Assembly: GCA_017453365.1 (NCBI GenBank)
Contig: JAFTKH010000006.1
Location: 6,321 to 70,320 of the forward strand
Direction of reading: 5' to 3'
Length of the DNA: 64,000 nt
Source of the DNA: Clostridia bacterium
GTDB taxonomy: Bacteria; Bacillota; Clostridia; Oscillospirales; CAG-272
Positions 57,131-64,000 of this stretch are shown here, piece by piece; within the stretch, counting starts at the first letter, position 1; each line of letters opens with the position of its first letter. The notes below the pieces were generated by a model that saw only the letters and a list, made by a program, of their open reading frames with translations, did not search any database and was not told the origin of the DNA. The translations under genes and the position numbers were made by a program.

Positions 57131-58822
57131 ATGGAAAAAAAACAAAGAAAAGGAAGGCAGCCGCAAGGAAAGCTCCGCGTGATGTCGCTGGGCGGACTCG
57201 AGGAAATCGGTAAGAATATGACCGTTCTTGAGTGGGGCGACGATATTATAGTCATCGATTGCGGCATGGGCTTCCCCGATGAGGATATGCCGGGCGTTGA
57301 CCTCGTTATACCCGATATATCCTATCTTATTCAAAATGCGCATAAGATACGCGGAATACTTATAACTCACGGACACGAGGACCACATAGGTGCCGTTCCG
57401 TACGTACTTAAGCAGATAAACGTTCCTATTTATGGAACGAAGCTTTCTCTTGGAATTATCGAGGGAAAGCTGGATGAGCATCCGCTAGACGAGGAGCCGG
57501 AGCTTTACACGGTTGAGGCGGGAGACGTAGTAAATCTCGGTGTTTTTAAGGCTGAATTTATCCATGTAAATCACTCTATTGCTGATGCGTGCGCGATTGC
57601 GGTTAGAACTCCTGTCGGCATAGTTTACCACTCGGGAGATTTTAAGCTCGACGTATCGCCGATAGACGGAAATATGATGGACCTAGTAAGAATAGGAGAG
57701 CTTGGGCGCGAGGGCGTTACCCTTTTGCTTTGCGAGTCTACAAATGCGGAGCGCCCCGGCTTTACACCCTCGGAGCGTACTGTCGGCTCATCTCTTGAGC
57801 GAATTTTTGAAAAATACTGTGACAAAAGACTGATTATAGCAACCTTTTCCTCAAATGTGCACAGAGTTCAGCAGATAATAAACGCAAGTGCAGCTCATAA
57901 AAGAAAGGTTGCCGTTCTCGGCCGCAGTATGGTAAACGTAATAGGTGCAGCGGCAGAGCTCGGATACATGGAGCTCCCCGACGGTGTACTTATCGACATA
58001 TCAGAGATACGCAAATATAAGCCTGAGGAGCTGACGCTCATTACAACGGGAAGTCAGGGAGAGCCTATGTCGGCACTTTACAGAATAGCCTTCTCGGAGC
58101 ATGATAAGGTGAAGCTTTCTGCCTCGGATGTCGTAGTTCTCTCATCCAGCGCTATTCCCGGAAACGAGAAATTCGTCGGAAAGATAGTAAATGCCGTTGT
58201 AAGAAGCGGCGTCAAGGTAGTTAACGACTCCGTTGAGGACGTTCACGTTTCAGGACATGCGTGCAGTGAGGAAATAAAGCTCCTTATGGCACTTCTTAAG
58301 CCTAAATATCTTATGCCTATACACGGAGAGTACAGACATCTGTACGCCAACAAGGATATCGGAGAGTATATGGGAATACCGTCGGAGAATATCTTCATAA
58401 GCGAGATAGGTAAGGTGCTGGAGGTAGACAGACGCGGAGCTCGCTTTGCGGGCGAGGTCCCTTCGGGAAAGGTGCTCGTCGACGGCTCGGGCGTTGGTGA
58501 TATAGGCAGTGTCGTGCTTCGCGACAGGCGCCATCTTGCAGAGGACGGTCTTGTCGTGGTCGTTGCGACGGTTGACACCGATGCGGGGCTTGTTGTATCC
58601 GGACCCGATATAGTGTCTCGCGGCTTCGTCTACGTAAAGGAGAGCGAGGAGCTTATGCGCGAGGTTAAGAAAATTGCCGAGAGCTCTATTGAAAGGCTGC
58701 TTAAAAAGCGCGTAGGTGACTGGGCTCATATTAAGGGTGTTATAAGAGATGACCTTGCTAAATTTATTTTTGCAAAGACGAAGAGAAAGCCTATGATACT
58801 TCCGGTCATTATGGACTTATGA
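57131..58822 (+). CDS. rnj: Ribonuclease J
   Basis: Beta-lactamase fold HxHxDH (THGHEDHIG), a beta-CASP domain and a C-terminal domain. 563 aa. Confidence 0.93.
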   Translation: MEKKQRKGRQPQGKLRVMSLGGLEEIGKNMTVLEWGDDIIVIDCGMGFPDEDMPGVDLVIPDISYLIQNAHKIRGILITHGHEDHIGAVPYVLKQINVPIYGTKLSLGIIEGKLDEHPLDEEPELYTVEAGDVVNLGVFKAEFIHVNHSIADACAIAVRTPVGIVYHSGDFKLDVSPIDGNMMDLVRIGELGREGVTLLLCESTNAERPGFTPSERTVGSSLERIFEKYCDKRLIIATFSSNVHRVQQIINASAAHKRKVAVLGRSMVNVIGAAAELGYMELPDGVLIDISEIRKYKPEELTLITTGSQGEPMSALYRIAFSEHDKVKLSASDVVVLSSSAIPGNEKFVGKIVNAVVRSGVKVVNDSVEDVHVSGHACSEEIKLLMALLKPKYLMPIHGEYRHLYANKDIGEYMGIPSENIFISEIGKVLEVDRRGARFAGEVPSGKVLVDGSGVGDIGSVVLRDRRHLAEDGLVVVVATVDTDAGLVVSGPDIVSRGFVYVKESEELMREVKKIAESSIERLLKKRVGDWAHIKGVIRDDLAKFIFAKTKRKPMILPVIMDL

Positions 58823-59577
58823 TAAGGCTTGTTATATGTAAAAACGGGGACGGGGGAGCTGCCGTCCCCCCTGATTTTCCCTTTCTTCGCGAGCTTGTGT
58901 CCAAAACCGGTAGCAATCGACTGAAAAGTGAGAGAATAAGTGCTTATCTCGCTCTTAAATATTCTTATGAAAAGCTTTTTTTACATACCTTTCCCACTAT
59001 AACAAAAGATGAAAAAGAAAGGCCTTGCTTCACTCGTCCAAATGAGTTTGTAAGCGATTTCAGCATTTCCCACACCTCTGGAATATCAGTGATAGCGTTT
59101 CTCTCGGGAGAGGGACGGGTGGGGGTTGATGCGGAGCTCGAGTATTCTTCTGAAAAACTCGACGGTATATCGAACAAATTTTTTAAAAAAGCAAACTTTG
59201 ATTTACAGAGAAGAGAACTTTGCGTGGAAATAATGATAGCAGAGCTTTATAATGACTCTGTAAAATTTATTGACACGCTCCCCATTGTCACAAACAAAAT
59301 TGATTCTACGATACTTTTTTCTTCATCGGATACGGAGCTTTCTTATGTAAGACTTGGAGACTTTGATTTTTTCGATAGATGGACTTCTCTTGAAGCTCTT
59401 CTTAAGGCAGATGGTGGTGGCTTTTCTTCACTTTCATTAATAAACGAGCTTCTTCCTGAGTCTTTGAGCCTTGGGCTTCGTATGAGTGTTGGTAATGACG
59501 TTTACCGAATATCGCTCTGCCATCTGAAGCAGGCTTTGACAGATAAAAACGGCGCCGCTGATTGTGATAAATATTGA
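58819..59577 (+). CDS. 4'-phosphopantetheinyl transferase superfamily protein (Sfp-like, divergent)
   Basis: FSISHTSG, GVDAE and WTSLEALLKADGGG motifs. Its ATG overlaps the rnj stop (ATGA). Confidence 0.7.
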   Translation: MIRLVICKNGDGGAAVPPDFPFLRELVSKTGSNRLKSERISAYLALKYSYEKLFLHTFPTITKDEKERPCFTRPNEFVSDFSISHTSGISVIAFLSGEGRVGVDAELEYSSEKLDGISNKFFKKANFDLQRRELCVEIMIAELYNDSVKFIDTLPIVTNKIDSTILFSSSDTELSYVRLGDFDFFDRWTSLEALLKADGGGFSSLSLINELLPESLSLGLRMSVGNDVYRISLCHLKQALTDKNGAADCDKY

Positions 59578-59688
59578 TATATTGTAAATGAAAAATAAAC
59601 TTTCAACAAAGTGAGTTGAAAATACTTGCAGTTTGTGTTAAAATCATTCCGTAGGTGGCTTTTGCCCCTTTTATTTATTGGAGGCTTT

Positions 59689-60252
59689 ATGCTTGAGAAC
59701 GTATGGAATAATATTATTCTTTTAAATCTTCGCGATTTCGAGAACATTAGTGTTGATTTTTACATAAATATTTTCCTTTTCTTTCTAGCTCTTGCCATAG
59801 TTGCTTGTGCGTTTGTATTTGAGTACTCGCGCGGGGTTATGCACGTCGCGGTAAAACAGCTTCTCCGTCATGGTGCTTTAGGCGAAGGGGAGGCAAAAAC
59901 TCTGTCGAAGCTTGGACTCGCCGATAACAAAATGGTAAAACTTTTTCTCTCTCGCGATACCCGTTTATCAAAGCTTTTATCCCGTGTCGGTGCCCCGGAT
60001 GTAAAGTATGAGGATTTTGTCAAGATGAAAAGAGCGGAGCAAAAGGAGCTTTTTAGAGTTGATTTTTCTAAAGACCGTTTTTATATTTCTGATGAAAATT
60101 CAGATCAGGCAAACCGCGTTTTTTCATCGTATGCTTTTTCCCTGCCGCGTTTCTTACTCTTTGCTCTTCTCGTTTTTCTTCTTTGGGGAGCAATCGCGGC
60201 CTTCAGCTATGAGCTGATTTCTTATATTGATTCTGTGCTTTTGAATAAATAA
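59689..60252 (+). CDS. Hypothetical membrane protein
   Basis: ATG at 59689 preceded by GGAGG. One N-terminal and one C-terminal TM segment flank a charged domain. Confidence 0.5.
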   Translation: MLENVWNNIILLNLRDFENISVDFYINIFLFFLALAIVACAFVFEYSRGVMHVAVKQLLRHGALGEGEAKTLSKLGLADNKMVKLFLSRDTRLSKLLSRVGAPDVKYEDFVKMKRAEQKELFRVDFSKDRFYISDENSDQANRVFSSYAFSLPRFLLFALLVFLLWGAIAAFSYELISYIDSVLLNK

Positions 60253-60262
60253 AGACTGTACG

Positions 60263-60295
60263 GCAGCTTAAGTTTTTTGACTTGAGCTGCTTTTT
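60263..60295 (+). terminator. Rho-independent terminator
   Basis: Stem GCAGCTTAAGT/ACTTGAGCTGC, then TTTTT. Confidence 0.75.
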
Positions 60296-60326
60296 ATTAA
60301 AATATGCTCAAAATGATAAAAAGCCC

Positions 60327-60355
60327 TTGACTTTTCTTTTGTTTAGGGTTAATAT
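60327..60355 (+). promoter_or_regulatory. Sigma-A-type promoter of the MATE gene
   Basis: TTGACT (60327-60332), 17-nt spacer, TAATAT (60350-60355). Confidence 0.55.
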
Positions 60356-60392
60356 ATTTGTACCTTAATGAATCGAGGTGAGATTTGTTTTT

Positions 60393-61802
60393 ATGACAAA
60401 GGCAAAAATCGATTTTACAAGCGGTCCTATTCTGAAAAAGCTGCTGATTTTCACCCTGCCGATAATAGCGACGAACCTTCTCCAGGTTTTCTATAATGCT
60501 GCGGATATGATGGTAGTCAGCCTGTCAGATGAGCCGAACGCTGTCGGTGCTGTCGGTATTACAGGCTCGTTTATCAACCTGGTTACCAACCTCTTTATAG
60601 GCTTTTCAGTAGGTGCAAACGTAGTTATAGCGCGGCATATCGGCGCGAAGAATGACAGAGATGCAGAGCGTGCTACCCACACTGCTGTTCTTATGGCTCT
60701 TGCAGTAGGTATTTTAGGCGGTGTTATAGGACTCTTTCTTTCCCGCCCCGTACTTGTATGGATGGGGAACACGGGGAACGTTCTTGATCTCGCTACAAGA
60801 TACACCTTTATTTATTTTCTTGGAATACCCTTTATTTCCTTGACTAACGTTCTCGTTTCTATCCTCAGGGCGAAGGGCGATTCGAGAACACCTCTCATTA
60901 TTCTTTCTCTTTCCGGAATTGTCAACGTTTTGCTAAACCTCTTCTTTGTTCTTGCGGTAGGGCTCTCTGTTGAGGGGGTTGCTATTGCGACGGTTATAGC
61001 GAATGTTCTTTCGACGGTTGTGCTTGCAATTAAGCTCAAGATGAGCGAAGGTCCTGTATCACTCTCATTTAGCAAGCTCCGTATAGACAGGCGTGCCTTC
61101 CGTGATATATTCGTAATAGGAGTGCCCTCGGGTATTCAGGGGGCGTTCTTCTCTATATCGAATATGCTGATACAGTCGAGCATTGTTACGGTGAATAATC
61201 TGCTCACCCCTGACCCGAATCTCTCGCCTGTGCTGAACGGAAATGCGGCACAGATGAACCTCGACGGATTCATATACACTTCTATGTCTGCTGTCTGTCA
61301 GGCAACCTCTACCTTTATAAGTCAGAATTACGGAGCTCACGACACGATGAGAATGAAAAAGGGGCTCTTCACCTGTTACGGTATTGTTACAGTAACGGGA
61401 ATTGCGGTATCTGCAATTATTATGCTCTTCAGAGTCCCACTGCTATCTCTTTACGGAGTTGTGGACGGACCTGTCGGCAGTGCCGATGCCATAGCCTTCG
61501 AGACGGCGTATGTCCGCATGCTCTTTCTTACTATTCCTTATTTCCTCTGCGGAATTATGGAGGTTGGCACGTATTCCATACGTTCGGTCGGTAAGCCCAT
61601 AACCTCGTTCCTCATTTCACTCTTCGGAGCGTGCATATTCAGAATAATATGGACTCTCTTTATCTTCCCTCTGAAGGTTGACCTCGTGACCCTGTTTGTT
61701 TCATATCCTATCAGCTGGGCGCTCGCAGGTTTGGTAGCTTTCGTTCTCTCTGTAATCTTTATAAATAAGCTTGAAAAAAGAAGAAGCGCCACCCCGTGTT
61801 AA
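60393..61802 (+). CDS. MATE family efflux transporter
   Basis: GPILKKLLIFTLPIIATNLLQVFYNAADMMVV is the classic MATE N-terminus. 12 TM helices. Confidence 0.9.
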   Translation: MTKAKIDFTSGPILKKLLIFTLPIIATNLLQVFYNAADMMVVSLSDEPNAVGAVGITGSFINLVTNLFIGFSVGANVVIARHIGAKNDRDAERATHTAVLMALAVGILGGVIGLFLSRPVLVWMGNTGNVLDLATRYTFIYFLGIPFISLTNVLVSILRAKGDSRTPLIILSLSGIVNVLLNLFFVLAVGLSVEGVAIATVIANVLSTVVLAIKLKMSEGPVSLSFSKLRIDRRAFRDIFVIGVPSGIQGAFFSISNMLIQSSIVTVNNLLTPDPNLSPVLNGNAAQMNLDGFIYTSMSAVCQATSTFISQNYGAHDTMRMKKGLFTCYGIVTVTGIAVSAIIMLFRVPLLSLYGVVDGPVGSADAIAFETAYVRMLFLTIPYFLCGIMEVGTYSIRSVGKPITSFLISLFGACIFRIIWTLFIFPLKVDLVTLFVSYPISWALAGLVAFVLSVIFINKLEKRRSATPC

Positions 61803-61918
61803 ATTATCCAATAAAAATCTTATTAAATGTAAATAACTATTTACGGAAGAAATCAAAGAAATACGCCGTCGCCTAAATAACTTTTTCGTGCTTGGGTCGG
61901 ATGGTGTTAAAATAATGC

Positions 61919-61967
61919 AAAAAATCAACCGAAGGACACAAGAACAATATTCTTCGGTTGATTTTTT
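61919..61967. terminator. Bidirectional rho-independent terminator
   Basis: Stem AAAATCAACCGAAG/CTTCGGTTGATTTT with A and T runs on both sides. Sits between convergent genes. Confidence 0.75.
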
Positions 61968-61968
61968 G

Positions 61969-62613
61969 TTATTTTTCTTTGATTCTTGTTACTAGGCTGC
62001 CCATATGTGCGTCGTTTGAGTAAGAAATGGGGTGGAAAGCGCCATTTTCGTACTCAACTACCGAATATGATGCATTGCTTGGGAATGGAAGTTTTGCTGA
62101 GTATTCGTTCGGTAAAAATCCCGATATTTTACAGTAAAAGGAACGGATAACTGCTGCGTGAGAGGTGATGAGAATCGTTTTATCTCTGTTCTCTTCGGCT
62201 ATACTCTTCACTGCGCTTGCAAAGCGCTCGCCTGCCTCTATTACAGATTCTCCCTCGGGGATTCTGAAGGTTCCGAAATTTCTTCGCCACTCGACGGTGA
62301 AAAGCTCGCCGTCTTTCTTTATAATATCTTCGGCGCTCATTCCTTCCCATCTTCCTGCATATATTTCACGAAGTCTTTTGTCTTTTATAATAACCATATC
62401 GCGCAGCTTGGCATTCGGTACGGCGGTATTGTAAGCTCTCAAAAGGTCACTTGAATAAATTACGTCGAAATGCACATTTTTTAGTGCGTCTGCCGTCATA
62501 TCTGCTTGCTTGTACCCGCGTTCTGTTAAATCCATATTCGTATGCCCGAGAAAAAGCCTGTTGAAGTTTCCGATACTCTCCCCGTGACGAATAATGTAAA
62601 AAACTGTCTTCAT
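61969..62613 (-). CDS. Histidine phosphatase family protein (phosphoglycerate mutase-like)
   Basis: RHGES catalytic motif (IIRHGESIGN) and SHAAVIR. Confidence 0.85.
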   Translation of the reverse strand: MKTVFYIIRHGESIGNFNRLFLGHTNMDLTERGYKQADMTADALKNVHFDVIYSSDLLRAYNTAVPNAKLRDMVIIKDKRLREIYAGRWEGMSAEDIIKKDGELFTVEWRRNFGTFRIPEGESVIEAGERFASAVKSIAEENRDKTILITSHAAVIRSFYCKISGFLPNEYSAKLPFPSNASYSVVEYENGAFHPISYSNDAHMGSLVTRIKEK

Positions 62614-62764
62614 TTATCTTACCTATGATTTTGTATAATTACTCTTTGTTTCTGCTTGGTTTGTTTAACTCTATTGTTTTGAGTCCTGTAATATTCTATC
62701 ATAATTTAGCAGAATAGTCAATAAAATTGAAATTTTGTTAATTTGTGGTAAAATTAAAATTTTT

Positions 62765-62780
62765 TGTTTCACGTGAAACA
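62765..62780. other. parS: parS site (perfect palindrome TGTTTCACGTGAAACA)
   Basis: Matches the Firmicute parS consensus tGTTnCACGTGAAACa. Lies 170 bp upstream of parA. Confidence 0.85.
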
Positions 62781-62949
62781 TTTTTTTGTGATACTGGTAT
62801 AAAATTGTTTTAAAAGAGCTTTTGTCTGGTTTTCTAAACAATTTTGTTATCTTAACTATATTTCTTATTGACTAAATCCCTAATTAATGTTATAATTTAT
62901 TAAAATATGTTTTTGCTTGTTTATTAAGTGATAAGCAGAATGGAGAATT

Positions 62950-63711
62950 ATGGCTAAGGTTGTTTCGTTCTCGAACCAAAAGGGTGGAGTTGGTAAAACA
63001 ACTTCTTGTGTAAATATTGCTGCCCAAATTGGCAAAAAAGGGAAAAAGGTGCTTATGATAGATATGGACCCGCAGGGCAATGCCACAAGCGGGTTGGGTT
63101 TGCCGAAATCAAAAATCAAAAAAACGATATATGATGTTATAATTGGTAAATGTGATATAGAAGATGCTATTATTAAGACTAAATTTGCTAATTTGTCGGT
63201 TGTTCCGGCTACAATTGACCTCGCCGGAGCCGAACTTGAGCTTTACGAGCTTGATGATAATACTAATTTTACAAAAATAGCACTAGATAGCATAAAAGAC
63301 AATTATGACTACATATTTATTGATTGTCCCCCCTCGCTTGGGATGCTGACTGTTGAGGCTCTTTCGATATCTGACGGAGTTGTTATTCCTATGCAGTGCG
63401 AATTTTATTCTCTTGAGGGAATGTCTCAACTTTTTAACACGGTAAAGAAGATAAAGCAACTCTATAACCCGGATTTAAGGGTTGTTGGTATTCTTTTGAC
63501 GATGTATAACGGGAGATTGACTTTAACAAATCAAGTTGTTGCGGAGCTCAAGAAATACTACGAAGAAACATTGTTTAAGGTGCCTATTTCAAGGACTGTT
63601 AGAATTTCGGAGGCTCCCGGGTATGGTGAACCTATTTGCTATCACGACCCGTATGGCAAGGGCTCGCTAGAATATGCTGCGGTTGCAAAAGAATTAATGA
63701 TGAGAATTTAA
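62950..63711 (+). CDS. parA: Chromosome partitioning ATPase ParA/Soj
   Basis: Deviant Walker A NQKGGVGKTT, DMDPQGN, IDCPPSLG. Confidence 0.93.
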   Translation: MAKVVSFSNQKGGVGKTTSCVNIAAQIGKKGKKVLMIDMDPQGNATSGLGLPKSKIKKTIYDVIIGKCDIEDAIIKTKFANLSVVPATIDLAGAELELYELDDNTNFTKIALDSIKDNYDYIFIDCPPSLGMLTVEALSISDGVVIPMQCEFYSLEGMSQLFNTVKKIKQLYNPDLRVVGILLTMYNGRLTLTNQVVAELKKYYEETLFKVPISRTVRISEAPGYGEPICYHDPYGKGSLEYAAVAKELMMRI

Positions 63712-63712
63712 A

Positions 63713-63728
63713 TGTTTCACGTGAAACA
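63713..63728. other. parS: parS site (TGTTTCACGTGAAACA)
   Basis: Perfect 16-bp palindrome starting 2 nt after the parA stop. Confidence 0.85.
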
Positions 63729-63755
63729 TTTGTGCGAGAATTTAATAGATAAAAT

Positions 63756-63771
63756 TGTTTCGCGTGAAACA
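63756..63771. other. parS: parS site variant (TGTTTCGCGTGAAACA)
   Basis: One mismatch to the other two copies. Lies in the parA-parB spacer. Confidence 0.75.
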
Positions 63772-63841
63772 TTTGGATATAACATTAAACAATCAAACTT
63801 TATAAATAGAGTTATATAAACAATAATAACAGGAGATTATT

Positions 63842-64000
63842 ATGGCAAAAAAGAACAGTGGATTAGGTAGAGGGCTTGATGCAATATTTCTTGATAATTC
63901 AAGACTTGCTAATTCGGAAACGCGTAACTCCGGCATTTTGCAGATAAAGCTTTCTCTTGTAGACCCAAAGGGAGACCAGCCAAGAAAATATTTTGATAAG
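63842..64000 (+). CDS. parB: Chromosome partitioning protein ParB/Spo0J (5' fragment, runs off the window)
   Basis: MAKKNSGLGRGLDAIF...DQPRKYFD is the typical ParB N-terminus. RBS AGGAG. Confidence 0.85.
   Translation, partial: MAKKNSGLGRGLDAIFLDNSRLANSETRNSGILQIKLSLVDPKGDQPRKYFDK

Overview
This 64-kb window is chromosomal DNA from an endospore-forming Firmicute, probably Clostridia-like. It carries spoIIE and spoVAC/AD/AEB and looks about 50-55% G+C by eye. It spans the replication-origin region: mnmG, a ymdB-like gene, the spoVA operon, then dnaA-oriC-dnaN-recF-remB-gyrB-gyrA, and further right rnj, a MATE exporter and parA-parB with three consensus parS sites. The left 46 kb is mostly housekeeping: type-2 ileS behind an attenuator, birA, spoIIE, addA, truB, ribF-prmA-rsmE, greA-lysS. 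Mixed in are accessory-looking blocks: an AraC-controlled amidohydrolase/ceramidase-like operon next to SGNH and NanA-like genes, an XRE/TM2 module, an MFS-GDPD-THUMP operon, and an A+T-rich 4.5-kb block with an HTH-TPR regulator, an unknown coupled ORF and a MacB/FtsX-type ABC exporter. I found no tRNA, rRNA, CRISPR, transposase or integrase. The most interesting signals are these. (1) The dnaA-dnaN spacer is packed with a non-canonical 9-mer (TTTTCAACA/TGTTGAAAA) that is closer to a Spo0A 0A-box than to the canonical DnaA box. The encoded DnaA has substitutions at three of the base-contacting residues of domain IV. (2) An XRE-type HTH protein just downstream of gyrA ends in a MinD-like amphipathic membrane-targeting motif. 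(3) The A+T-rich HTH-TPR/unknown/ABC block. (4) An orphan hyper-acidic protein next to an addA that has no adjacent addB. All functional calls rest on by-eye motif recognition of the supplied translations. No database search was possible.
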